64,000 nt of DNA from a virus. Below are positions 39,296-49,412 of the stretch, in pieces. Location: the IMG/VR virus record IMGVR_UViG_3300037140_000076, positions 48,375 through 112,374 of that record; one strand, written 5' to 3'. The translations under genes were made by a program, and so were the position numbers. The notes under the pieces were generated by a model. It had not been told where the DNA came from, made no database searches, and saw only the letters and a list, made by a program, of their open reading frames with translations. Within the stretch, counting starts at the first letter, position 1. Each line of letters starts with the position of its first letter.

Positions 39296-39307
39296 CAAAA
39301 AACAATT

Positions 39308-39751
39308 ATGCCAGCAAAGAAAAAAACAAATTTTGTATCTTACGAACTTGCTCGTCTTGATAAATATCTAAAACAACTTACTTCTTATCTTGATGCCCAC
39401 CCTCCCGATAAAATGGAAGATAGAATAGAGTGGATTGAGACTCCCAGAGGTGCAGAAATTCCAAAAGTTATTTCTTCAATAGAAACACAACTCAAAGTGT
39501 TTATGTCTACACTGGAAAAACTTCCAAAACTTTTATCTGACGTTAATAATCTTCGTAAAGAAGTAGAGGGAGGACCAAAAGAAATTGAATTAAGAGGAGG
39601 AGCAGAACGCCCAGGATTTATGGATAATGATGAACAAACCGGAGATGAATTTGAAGATATTCCAAACGACAAAACACTTCCCCCTTCCACCACAGAAGAA
39701 ATTAAGGACCCGGAATTTGATGATGAAACGTACTGGCAGGAGCCTGATTAA
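39308..39751 (+). CDS. probable terminase small subunit
   Basis: Directly upstream of TerL; helical with ELRGG and an acidic tail; the ORF-track start overlaps tRNA-Cys. Confidence 0.5.
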   Translation: MPAKKKTNFVSYELARLDKYLKQLTSYLDAHPPDKMEDRIEWIETPRGAEIPKVISSIETQLKVFMSTLEKLPKLLSDVNNLRKEVEGGPKEIELRGGAERPGFMDNDEQTGDEFEDIPNDKTLPPSTTEEIKDPEFDDETYWQEPD

Positions 39752-39753
39752 TT

Positions 39754-41856
39754 ATGAGTATAATAACCAGTCCGGAGTTTTTTATTAATATAAAAAAGAT
39801 ACCGGATAAAGCTTCCAAAGAATATCTGCCCTTCTTCAGGGCAGAAATGAATAAAGTAAAACAGGGTGTAACCATTGCTGGAGTAAGAATTCCAGGATGG
39901 TTATATTGGCATATAAACCACTGGGTAATTGATATAGATGTTCCAGTACAAGGCACAAATATTAATTATGTTGAGCGTAGACCATCACATCCTTTTTTAA
40001 GGGATAATGATTGGATTATTGCAGAACATATTGAAAGAGCAGAAAGTTTAAAAAAAGGTGTATTACTTCTTGGTACTCGTCAGCTTGGTAAAAGCGAAAT
40101 AGGAGCTTCTTATAACGGGAGAAGAGGTATTGCTTTTGAAAATAGTCAAAATGTTATTGCTGGTCTTTCTGATCCGGATTTAAAACTTCTTCTTGGTAAG
40201 TTGGATAGAGGGTTTACAAATCTTCATCCCTATTTTAAACCAATAAAAATAATAAACGATCCTAAGAAAGAAATTATTCTTGGATATAAAGACCCCCAGG
40301 GAGAAAGAGTTAAATATTCTGAATTCCTAATTCGAAATTTAGATTCAGGAAAGAATACTGAAAACTTAGCGGGTCCTACTACTTCTTCACTTACTTTGGA
40401 TGAGTGTGGTAAAGGAGATTTCCTTGAAGCCTTCATTGCTGCTAAACCTGCTCTTGAAACCGCTTATGGTTGGAGAGGTATGCCTTTATTTATAGGGACC
40501 TCTGGTAGCTTTGATAAGGCTGAGGATCTTCAAAGGTTCCGGGAAAATCTTGACACTTATAATTTTATTGAAGTTGAACTTAAGGATGAAAAAAAACAGG
40601 ATATATATTTTATTCCAGGTTGGATGTCATCTCGTGCGAAAAGAAAAAAAATAAGATTATCTACTTATAAAAAAGTACCCAAAGGAAGCGAACTTGATAC
40701 TATTGCTATTCATGTTGTAGAAAACCCTGAAGAAGAAATACAAAGAATTTTAGATTATAGAGAGTCATTAAAAGTTGCTGGAGAAATAACATTGATGAAG
40801 AAAGAGACAATGTATTATCCTTTAAATGAAGAGGAATTATTTTTAATTGATGATAGTGATAATATATTTTCTGATGTAAAAGAAATATGTAAAGCTCATT
40901 TACTTTATTTGGAAACAATTGAAGTGAGTGAAGAATATGGATGGATGACAAGAGACGAAAATGGTAAACCAAAATTCGTTCCAACTAAGAATGCTTTTCC
41001 TATTAAAGATTTTCCTGCTGGAGAACATGAAGATAAAGATGCCCCTATTATTATATGGTCCCATCCTATGGAAGGCCAAGAATTCGGGATTTTGCATGTA
41101 GGTGGAATTGACCCTTATAACCAGGATGAATCATTTTATTCCCCTTCCCTGGGAACCCTATATATTTATCGTAGGACATATGATCCTTTAAAAGGCAATC
41201 ATCAAGAATCATTTGTTGCTTCATATTCTGCTCGTACAAAGACTATATCTAAATGGAGGGAGCAAGTAAGACTTCTTTTAGAATATTACGGAGCTACTGC
41301 TTTACCGGAAAATGAAGAGCCGGGTCTTATTCGTTGGTTTGATGAAAAACATATTGGACATTATCTTGAAGACGGTCTTGATCTAGCAAAGGAAATAAAC
41401 CCCAATACCACCAGTAATAGAAATAAAGGATTATCAGCTACTACAGCAAATATAAGATATGGAAATGGTCTTTTAAAATCTCATATTAACGAAGATCTGG
41501 TTATGGGCCAGGACCCTTTAAGCGGGGAGAATATAATAAAGAAAGGAGTAATCCGGATAAAGGATAAGGTTTTATTAAAAGAGGTAATTGCTTATACCCC
41601 TGCCATGAGCATTAAAAGTAGGGCAGGGACCTCTTCAAATGCAAGGACTAAAAAGAAAGCTACCAACGTTGACCGGATTGTAGGGGCAAGACATGCTCTG
41701 ATCCTGGCAAAATTAAAAGATAAATATTTTCCCCTTGCTAAGATAAAGAACCCCCTCTCTACAAATAAGCCTGAAAAAAAGGCTATTAAAAGCCCTTTTA
41801 CAGGTATAAACAGTCCTTTCGGATCTCGAAGATTTCCCTTCGGTGGAAAATTATAA
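39754..41856 (+). CDS. terL: terminase large subunit
   Basis: GTRQLGKS, LDECGK, IGTSG, nuclease VGGIDPY; upstream of portal. Confidence 0.88.
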   Translation: MSIITSPEFFINIKKIPDKASKEYLPFFRAEMNKVKQGVTIAGVRIPGWLYWHINHWVIDIDVPVQGTNINYVERRPSHPFLRDNDWIIAEHIERAESLKKGVLLLGTRQLGKSEIGASYNGRRGIAFENSQNVIAGLSDPDLKLLLGKLDRGFTNLHPYFKPIKIINDPKKEIILGYKDPQGERVKYSEFLIRNLDSGKNTENLAGPTTSSLTLDECGKGDFLEAFIAAKPALETAYGWRGMPLFIGTSGSFDKAEDLQRFRENLDTYNFIEVELKDEKKQDIYFIPGWMSSRAKRKKIRLSTYKKVPKGSELDTIAIHVVENPEEEIQRILDYRESLKVAGEITLMKKETMYYPLNEEELFLIDDSDNIFSDVKEICKAHLLYLETIEVSEEYGWMTRDENGKPKFVPTKNAFPIKDFPAGEHEDKDAPIIIWSHPMEGQEFGILHVGGIDPYNQDESFYSPSLGTLYIYRRTYDPLKGNHQESFVASYSARTKTISKWREQVRLLLEYYGATALPENEEPGLIRWFDEKHIGHYLEDGLDLAKEINPNTTSNRNKGLSATTANIRYGNGLLKSHINEDLVMGQDPLSGENIIKKGVIRIKDKVLLKEVIAYTPAMSIKSRAGTSSNARTKKKATNVDRIVGARHALILAKLKDKYFPLAKIKNPLSTNKPEKKAIKSPFTGINSPFGSRRFPFGGKL

Positions 41857-41894
41857 CAAAATTTAGTGATAATTATAACAAAATTTTGTGATAA
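41851..41894. promoter_or_regulatory. two tandem 22-bp palindromic operators upstream of portal
   Basis: TTATAACAAAATTTAGTGATAA + TTATAACAAAATTTTGTGATAA. Confidence 0.75.
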
Positions 41895-41961
41895 TTTGTT
41901 ATAATTTAAAAATAATTGGTAATTTTGTAGTTACTTTAATTATAATTTGTTATAACTCAAT

Positions 41962-44619
41962 ATGTTACCTGAAAGTACACCAATAGATTCGTTACCGGCC
42001 CAGATGATTTCTTATAAGCAGAAGGTAGCGAAGAATAAAAAATGGGGTAAGGCTTGCATGGATGCCTTGGAAACGCTTGGTCGTAGACAATTCTATGAAA
42101 ATCTGCGTTTTGTAGAGAACTATCAGATGGTGAATGGTAAATTTATGCCCCACCATTATATTGAAGAAGAAGGGTATAAGGACATGATTACCCAGTTGAC
42201 CAGGGAGTTCGAGATTCCGTCAACATTAAGACATTACGACATTATAGGTAAGCTCATCAATAATCTCACAGAAAAGCTTAGTGAATTCCCCGATGTATTC
42301 CGGGTTGAAGAAATATTCGAATCAGATTTAACGAACGAATATGTCCGTACTCAAACGGATCTTATGCATAAATCGGTACAGGCCGATATTAACAACGAAA
42401 TAATGGCCCGTTTAGTGGCTGAAGGGATTGATCCCAATAAACAAGATTTTAAATCTGAAGACGAAGCTATGCAGTATCAGAAAGAGATTCAGGACCTTAA
42501 GCAGTCCATGACTCCTCCTCAGATACAGAATTATATGGCTACCTCCTGGCAAAGTCAGGGAGAAATATGGGGGGAACATCAACTTACCCTGGACCGTCAA
42601 AGATATAAGCTGGATGATATGGAACGTAAAGAGTTTAGAGATATGCTCTTTACTGATCGTTGTTTTCGTCATTACTTTCTTACTGCTGACGGTTTTGAAC
42701 AGGAGACATGGAATCCATTAAATACTTTTGTTCATCTGGCTCCGGAACTTGATTGGGTTCAGGACGGAGATTATGCAGGACGCATAATATACTATACAAA
42801 GGCAGATATTATTAAAAGATATGGTTGGAGAATGAATGATAAAGATCTCAAGGCCCTGGAATCGTTGGATGAGGATGAGGCCGAGAATCTGGATTTTAGT
42901 GGTTATCCTTATAAAACTTATGCTCCTTTCGCAGATCATAAAGCTTATGATATTATAAGAAGAACAAGCGGTTATGATCCAATTCAGAACATACCACTTC
43001 TCGGAGATGATACTCTTTTTCAAATAACTAATAATCTTCCTTTTGTAGATCGTCAGGCTGGTTTATTTAGGGTAACTGAATCATATTGGCTTAGTCAAAA
43101 GAAAATTTCAAAATGGGTTTATATTGATCCTCAAACAGGGATGTTAACAAAAGATCTCGTAGATGAAAATTTTGTTTTACCAGACGGAGCCACTGAAGTG
43201 AAAGGTGATTTTTTGGATGGTAGTGATGTCAATACATTATATACTACCTGGGCAGATGAGCTTTGGTTTGGAATAAAGATTTGTTTTGCTGTTAAGGATA
43301 CTGACGCTATTTATCTGGGTCTGGAACCATGCGATTTTCAATTTAGAAGTGATGAAAATCCATTCCTGGCAAAATTGCCGGTATGTGGACGTATATTCAA
43401 TAATCGTAATGCTCAATCAATGTCCCTGGTAGATATGGTTAAACCGCATCAGATTGGATATACTATGTGTATGAATCAAGCTTATCAAATACTTGAAAAA
43501 GAAATCGGAAAGTTCATGGTTTGGGATGTAGCATTTTTTAACACCTTAAAAGATTGGGGTGGAGAAGATAGTTTCCAGAAAGTGGCATTACTTGCTAAGG
43601 AACTCGGTCATGTGTTCGGAGATACTTCTCCGACTAATATGAAAGGAGCCAATCCAGGAAATACTTTACCGAAAATGGTAGATATGGATCTTACTGCTCA
43701 ACTTGTTAGTCGTATGAAGGCAGCAGACTATTTTGAACAAAAGGCACTTTCACAATTAGGTATTAGTGAACAATTTATAGGGCAAACAAAGGCTACTGAA
43801 ACGGCTGAAGGAATAAAGAGTTCTATCAGTCAGACTCAGCTTACTGTTCAGAAATATTATACAGATTTTTTCCAGTATAAACAACAGTGTCTTTCAATGA
43901 ATTTAGATATTGCTCAATATGTCCAATCTAAAAATAAAGATTTTACAATTAATTATACTAAATCTGATCAGAGCCGTGTATTTATTAAGATGCTTGGTAC
44001 TGATCTTTTGTTAAGAGATCTTCATGTGTATGTTGTTAATTCTCAACAACTATTGCAGCAAATGCAACAGTTGAAACAGTTATTCATGAGTAGTAACACA
44101 ACAGGAGCTTCACCTCTTGATCTGGCAGAGGTTATTACTGCTACCTCTCCATCAGCTATAAAGGTCAAGCTCAAAGAATCTTTTGAAAAACAACAGCAGC
44201 AACAGCAGCAGGAATTCCAGCAGAAGCAAGATCAGATTAAGGGTGAACAAGACACCGCTATGGAGAAGGAAAATCGCCAGGATAATAGAAATGATCAAAA
44301 CAATACAACTAAGATCCAGGTTGCTGAGATTTTGGCTACTAAGGGTTCTACTAAAGAAGCGGCCCCTGAACGTTATGATCAGCAAAGCCAGGGAGATTAT
44401 GCCCGTTTCAATGCTAAGGCTCAAGTGGATAGCGATAAAACAAACTTGCAGCGTGAAAAAAACGAGATCGAAAGAGAAAAGAATACAAACACTAATGTAT
44501 TAAAAGCTAAAGAATTAGATATAAAGAGGGAAGCAATCGCTGCTAAGAATAGAGAATCTAGTGCAAAAGTTCACGTAGAAAAAATAATTCACAATAAACG
44601 TGACCGGAAGACGAAATGA
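41962..44619 (+). CDS. portal protein
   Basis: 885 aa after TerL; LRHYDII, SLVDMVKPHQ..Y, coiled-coil C-terminus; crAss-like gene order. Confidence 0.85.
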   Translation: MLPESTPIDSLPAQMISYKQKVAKNKKWGKACMDALETLGRRQFYENLRFVENYQMVNGKFMPHHYIEEEGYKDMITQLTREFEIPSTLRHYDIIGKLINNLTEKLSEFPDVFRVEEIFESDLTNEYVRTQTDLMHKSVQADINNEIMARLVAEGIDPNKQDFKSEDEAMQYQKEIQDLKQSMTPPQIQNYMATSWQSQGEIWGEHQLTLDRQRYKLDDMERKEFRDMLFTDRCFRHYFLTADGFEQETWNPLNTFVHLAPELDWVQDGDYAGRIIYYTKADIIKRYGWRMNDKDLKALESLDEDEAENLDFSGYPYKTYAPFADHKAYDIIRRTSGYDPIQNIPLLGDDTLFQITNNLPFVDRQAGLFRVTESYWLSQKKISKWVYIDPQTGMLTKDLVDENFVLPDGATEVKGDFLDGSDVNTLYTTWADELWFGIKICFAVKDTDAIYLGLEPCDFQFRSDENPFLAKLPVCGRIFNNRNAQSMSLVDMVKPHQIGYTMCMNQAYQILEKEIGKFMVWDVAFFNTLKDWGGEDSFQKVALLAKELGHVFGDTSPTNMKGANPGNTLPKMVDMDLTAQLVSRMKAADYFEQKALSQLGISEQFIGQTKATETAEGIKSSISQTQLTVQKYYTDFFQYKQQCLSMNLDIAQYVQSKNKDFTINYTKSDQSRVFIKMLGTDLLLRDLHVYVVNSQQLLQQMQQLKQLFMSSNTTGASPLDLAEVITATSPSAIKVKLKESFEKQQQQQQQEFQQKQDQIKGEQDTAMEKENRQDNRNDQNNTTKIQVAEILATKGSTKEAAPERYDQQSQGDYARFNAKAQVDSDKTNLQREKNEIEREKNTNTNVLKAKELDIKREAIAAKNRESSAKVHVEKIIHNKRDRKTK

Positions 44620-44716
44620 TAATGCGAGTATGCGTTGAAATTTAGACTTGCTTTTATAATTTCAAAAACATTATATACTTTTACGATCTGCTCAACAAAT
44701 TAAACCAACAAAGAAT

Positions 44717-46063
44717 ATGTTTGACAATTTATCAACTGCGGTAATACCCGCAACCGAAGAAGACATATTATCAGTCTTTGGTGATGAAACAAAGGACAAA
44801 AAAGATAAGAAAACTCCTGATAAAAATCAAGACCCGAAGGATTTTAAAACAAAGAATCAACCTTCAGGTAAAACCAAAGATAAGAAAACCACATCTGCAA
44901 CGGGAAATACTGACCTAGTAACAAAGAAAAATACTCTTACTGATTTTTCTGAAGCGGATGACAAAGATGTTTTTGAATCTCAGGATGACGATGATGATGA
45001 CGATGATGAACCAGAAGAGGATACAACTAAAAAGAAAGTTGTAAAAAAGAAAGATGATGAGGAAGAAGATACTTCTGACGATAATGAGGATAATGAAGAT
45101 AATGAGGATGCAGAAGACGATAATGAAGATAAAAATGAGGATGACGATGAGGAAGAAGGTGCTGATGCCGTAGATGAGGAAGCTCAGATAAAGAATTTTT
45201 TGAAAACAAGGGCCGATTTTCTTATAAAGAACGGAGAATGGGTTGATTTTGAAGGAAGTGAAGACGTTGATTGGACTGAAGAAGAATTTGCTAAGATCGA
45301 AATTGATCAAAGAAATTATCAGAAACAACAAATGTCTGATGAAATCCTGGATAGCTTTGGACCAATCGGAAGAGACATTGCTACTTACGCACAAAATGGC
45401 GGGGACCCTGACAAGCTCATTGATATTTTTAAAGAACAACAGCGCGTTGAAAATCTTTCAGTTGAAACTGAAGATGGACAAAAAGCTGTAGTACTTAAGT
45501 ACCAAACTGAATTCCTTAATCAGAAACCGGAACGTGTAAAAAAATACATTGATTCTCTGATTGCTGATAAAGATCTTGCTGCTGCTGCAAAAGAAGCTAA
45601 AGAAGAAATGGAAGGCATTTTGACTCAACAATCTGATGAATTACAGAAACAACAGGATACTAAAATAAAAGCTCAAAGAGATAATCAGAAAGCAAGTATT
45701 CAAAAGTTTTCAACAGACGTTACTAAACTCATAACAGCGGATGCTACCATTCCTGAAGATGAAAAGAAGAAACTGATAAAAGTTCTTACAAAGTACGATA
45801 AGAGACTTCCAAATGGAACTCCTGTAAATGAATTTTATCAAATATTTGCAGATTTAAAAAAAGATTTACCTGGTTATATAAAGTTTGTACGTTTCGCAAT
45901 GAATCCTGAAAAGTATGAAAAGGCTTTGAAAACAAAAGGTAATAATGAAGCAACCGATAAAGATTTTAAATTGATTCGGACTGCAAACAAAATAAAGAAA
46001 ATTAAATCGAAAGACACCGCCTCTAAAAGCGGAAAGATTGGAACTAAATTCCAGTTATTATAA
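44717..46063 (+). CDS. acidic scaffolding-like protein
   Basis: D/E-rich tract; lies between portal and MCP. Confidence 0.6.
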   Translation: MFDNLSTAVIPATEEDILSVFGDETKDKKDKKTPDKNQDPKDFKTKNQPSGKTKDKKTTSATGNTDLVTKKNTLTDFSEADDKDVFESQDDDDDDDDEPEEDTTKKKVVKKKDDEEEDTSDDNEDNEDNEDAEDDNEDKNEDDDEEEGADAVDEEAQIKNFLKTRADFLIKNGEWVDFEGSEDVDWTEEEFAKIEIDQRNYQKQQMSDEILDSFGPIGRDIATYAQNGGDPDKLIDIFKEQQRVENLSVETEDGQKAVVLKYQTEFLNQKPERVKKYIDSLIADKDLAAAAKEAKEEMEGILTQQSDELQKQQDTKIKAQRDNQKASIQKFSTDVTKLITADATIPEDEKKKLIKVLTKYDKRLPNGTPVNEFYQIFADLKKDLPGYIKFVRFAMNPEKYEKALKTKGNNEATDKDFKLIRTANKIKKIKSKDTASKSGKIGTKFQLL

Positions 46064-46082
46064 AAAGTAAAAGCAGAATAAT

Positions 46083-47732
46083 ATGTCAACTTTCTCTCTC
46101 CCAAGTTTCGCCTCACAGAATGGCTATACCGTCATTGCTCGCCATAAAATGGATTGGGGCAAATTTACAGACAGTAATCACATCTATCAGGCTCTTGGAC
46201 AGCAAGCGTTCATTGATAACCTGGGCTTGGTAACTCCTTTTAATCAGTATGGTTTGGTGAACACACCAATTCTTAATCTGATTAACGTTAAGAAATCTGC
46301 ATTATATCTGGATAATGTTGAAGGTAAATTCCGCTTCCAGATGCCGTATAAGCGTGGTCTTCCTTATGTTGTTGACACATTTTATACAAGTACTATTGAA
46401 AGACCCGGATTAGACGGTGCTCGTTTTATCATTAAATTGAGCGAACCATATACTAACGGTGATGTAATAAGCACAGATCTTCGTAATTCTCCTTCCTTGG
46501 TTGTAACTGAAGAAGAAGTTGTTTATGAACAAGATGGTTGGTTACACACTGTAGAAGTTGCTTCTCAGAATCGTAAGAATACTTACTACTCTAAGAGATG
46601 GCTTAAACCCGGATCTCAGTTCATTAAAATTGATCATGCGATTGACGAATATTCTTCTCAAGGATCTTCTGTTACTTCTCAGCGTTTAGGTTGGTTAGAA
46701 ATGGAAGCAAATCTTGGTTCTGGAGAACGTAAAGTTGAACACTGGATTACTTTGCAAGGTGCTATCATGGCCCTGGCTGCTGACGATAAATTGAAATCAA
46801 AAATCAATGGTCAGTATGACTTAACAAGTCTTGGTTCTATCCTGGCATTCTTTAATAGAGATAAGAAAGGTAAAAATATTCCTGGCTCTGGTTCATGGTT
46901 GGCTACTATTGATGCAATGGTACTTGCTGAACTTATGGCAATGCAGGAAATGAGTTTCATGTGGGGTAAAGGTGGTGAAGTAAGAGTTTCTGGTCGTAAG
47001 ACCGTTAAACTTGGGCTTGGTATCTACGAACAGTTGCGTACCGGTAACAGAATCACTTATTCTCGTGGACGTTTGAATTTGGATTTGATTGATGCTGCAA
47101 TTGCGAATTTGTACCGTGGTACAGGTATTCCAGTTGAAGATCGTAGAACAACTCTGGAAGTTGGTAGTGGTTTCTTAACTGAAATCTCTAAACTTATCCA
47201 GTTGGAAGCTACAAGTAAGAATATTGGTATCGTTAACACTGATCAGTTAGGTATTATATCTGGTAAGGACCCGATGAATTTAACTTTCGGTTTCAGATTT
47301 ACCTCATTGAGGTTCCCGAATGCCGGTCTAGTTGAATTCCGTTTGAACCAGGCTTTTGATACTGAATATGGACTTCGTAACACTGATCGCCTGTATGGTG
47401 AATTCCCTGACTATTCTTATTCAGCGGCTATCCTGGACGTAACTGATGCAAGAGCTTCAAACTCTGCTAAGAAATTTGAAAAGAATGAAATTCGTAATGC
47501 AACCGATTTTAACAAAGAAAGCAATTTCTATCTTGTTAAACCACGCGCTGCTTCTGAAGATTATTGGGGTTATATAGCTGGATCGGTTTCTCCTTATGGT
47601 CTATCAAGAACTAAGGGTGCTCTCCACGCTTCTAACAGACCTGGTTACGGTATGTTTGCTTACAACTTTGGTAACGTTTGGGTGAAAGATCCATCACGTA
47701 CCCTGTTGATTGAAATTGACGAGACTTGCTAA
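46083..47732 (+). CDS. major capsid protein
   Basis: 549 aa; FTDSNH near the N-terminus, GIYEQL, VWVKDPSR C-terminus; codon usage typical of highly expressed genes. Confidence 0.85.
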   Translation: MSTFSLPSFASQNGYTVIARHKMDWGKFTDSNHIYQALGQQAFIDNLGLVTPFNQYGLVNTPILNLINVKKSALYLDNVEGKFRFQMPYKRGLPYVVDTFYTSTIERPGLDGARFIIKLSEPYTNGDVISTDLRNSPSLVVTEEEVVYEQDGWLHTVEVASQNRKNTYYSKRWLKPGSQFIKIDHAIDEYSSQGSSVTSQRLGWLEMEANLGSGERKVEHWITLQGAIMALAADDKLKSKINGQYDLTSLGSILAFFNRDKKGKNIPGSGSWLATIDAMVLAELMAMQEMSFMWGKGGEVRVSGRKTVKLGLGIYEQLRTGNRITYSRGRLNLDLIDAAIANLYRGTGIPVEDRRTTLEVGSGFLTEISKLIQLEATSKNIGIVNTDQLGIISGKDPMNLTFGFRFTSLRFPNAGLVEFRLNQAFDTEYGLRNTDRLYGEFPDYSYSAAILDVTDARASNSAKKFEKNEIRNATDFNKESNFYLVKPRAASEDYWGYIAGSVSPYGLSRTKGALHASNRPGYGMFAYNFGNVWVKDPSRTLLIEIDETC

Positions 47733-47816
47733 TAAAGAGAGGGAGGGTATCCGAACAGTCGAAAGGCAGGTGACCCTTCCGGACACTCTTTCATATAATA
47801 AAAAAACAACAACAAA

Positions 47817-48701
47817 ATGGAATCTAAGATTATCATTAAACAGGTAGCTAATCCTGATAACCCACAGTTATCAGTAAAGTACATTGGATCAAAAGAATAC
47901 GCTACTCCAAAACTAGGTAAAGACGGAAAAATAATTACAGGGTTTGATGAAAACTCTTATGAACTTTTAAGTGCTCAGGATAAGGACGATGAGACAGGCA
48001 AGGAAGCTAAAAAGAAACAAAACGCTATAAAAAAACTTAGGGAAGAACTTGAAAGACTTTTAAGTGTTTCGCTTACTACGGATTCTTCTTTTTGGAATGA
48101 ATTCTTTATAGTTCTTGAAGATGAAAGGGAACTTGATCCTTTGAATCCAAGAGATATTCTTCATGAGAAGTTTTTATTAGCCAATAAATATGTGGCTCCT
48201 TCTTTTGAAGCCGTTACAACTGATCCTGAATATTTTAATTGTTTATTTTATATTCATAGAGAAAAAGAAGAAACAGCAAAGAAGGCCCAGAGTGAACGTA
48301 AACTTGATAAAGCTACTTCAATTCTTTATGCTCTTAGTGAGGAAAATCCGAATAAGTTACAGCAAGTTAGTGCTGATATATTTGGTTATGATGCTCATGA
48401 GATTTCACCTGATACTGCTTATATTAAACTTAAAGAGTATTTAGAAAATTCTGATGAAACACTTCAGAAACAAAACATAGCTCGTTTCTTATTGACAGTT
48501 CAAAAGACTCCAGAAGAAATAGCAATAAAAAAGATTTTTGATAAAGCTTTAAAAAAGAGATTTGTTACTTCCAAAGGTAATGTGTTCCGTAGAGGAGATC
48601 TTATTTATGGAAATAATTATGATGAAGCTCTGGAGTTTTTAGGATCACCGGAAAACTCTGGTGAATTGATTTCCTTGCAGAAGCAAACGGATAAAGCCTA
48701 A
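47817..48701 (+). CDS. conserved crAss-like structural-module protein
   Basis: Position after MCP; LDPLNPRD. Confidence 0.6.
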   Translation: MESKIIIKQVANPDNPQLSVKYIGSKEYATPKLGKDGKIITGFDENSYELLSAQDKDDETGKEAKKKQNAIKKLREELERLLSVSLTTDSSFWNEFFIVLEDERELDPLNPRDILHEKFLLANKYVAPSFEAVTTDPEYFNCLFYIHREKEETAKKAQSERKLDKATSILYALSEENPNKLQQVSADIFGYDAHEISPDTAYIKLKEYLENSDETLQKQNIARFLLTVQKTPEEIAIKKIFDKALKKRFVTSKGNVFRRGDLIYGNNYDEALEFLGSPENSGELISLQKQTDKA

Positions 48702-48703
48702 AA

Positions 48704-49384
48704 ATGACAGTACAAGAATTATATAAGAGGTTTTTATTAATGCTTAATAAAAACGATACTAACGAAGGTATCAATATTGCACCAGGGGTGTTTGTACTTT
48801 TATATAACTCTGAAATGTTGAGATGGTTAGATGAGGAGTTAAAGAAGGATGAGGATAACATAGATGTAAATAAGATTGAATTTTTATATCAAGGTGATTT
48901 TCCTGTAGTTCCCGCTGGCCCTCCCGATAAAAGAAAAAAGTTCATTGAATTTACATTACCGGCTGATTTCTACCAACTTTATGGATCTTACTCTTATGCT
49001 GATAAAGGCAGATGTAAAGATGTTATAATTTGGAATTGGGAAAAGAAACCGGGCGAAAATATTGCTGCTCGTTCTGATGAAAACAGCAAACCTTCGTTTG
49101 ATTATCAGGAAGCTCCTTTTGTAGTTGGTGCTGATAAGATGAAGATTTATTTCGATGATTATATTGTTAAAGATACATTCATAAATTATTACAGAACAGC
49201 AAGAAAAATTGACATAAAAGGATACATTCATTTTGATGGAACGGCATCAGTGAATATTGATCCAGAGTTAGATGATGATCTAACAATGGAAATCCTTGAA
49301 AGAACAGTGTTGGAAGTGACTAGAGAAGTTGTAGATGCAGAAGGATTTCAACTTGCAAAAGACCGTAAAGACGAAGACTATTAA
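48704..49384 (+). CDS. tail ring/adaptor protein
   Basis: KPSFDYQE, INYYR...D.EL; crAss-like position. Confidence 0.6.
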   Translation: MTVQELYKRFLLMLNKNDTNEGINIAPGVFVLLYNSEMLRWLDEELKKDEDNIDVNKIEFLYQGDFPVVPAGPPDKRKKFIEFTLPADFYQLYGSYSYADKGRCKDVIIWNWEKKPGENIAARSDENSKPSFDYQEAPFVVGADKMKIYFDDYIVKDTFINYYRTARKIDIKGYIHFDGTASVNIDPELDDDLTMEILERTVLEVTREVVDAEGFQLAKDRKDEDY

Positions 49385-49412
49385 GAATTTTAATAATTAA
49401 ATTTAGATTAAC

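Noticed and set aside
44980-45180. Tandem DNA repeat (GATGAT/GAAGAT)
   Set aside because: It is simply the Asp/Glu-rich coding tract of the scaffold-like protein.
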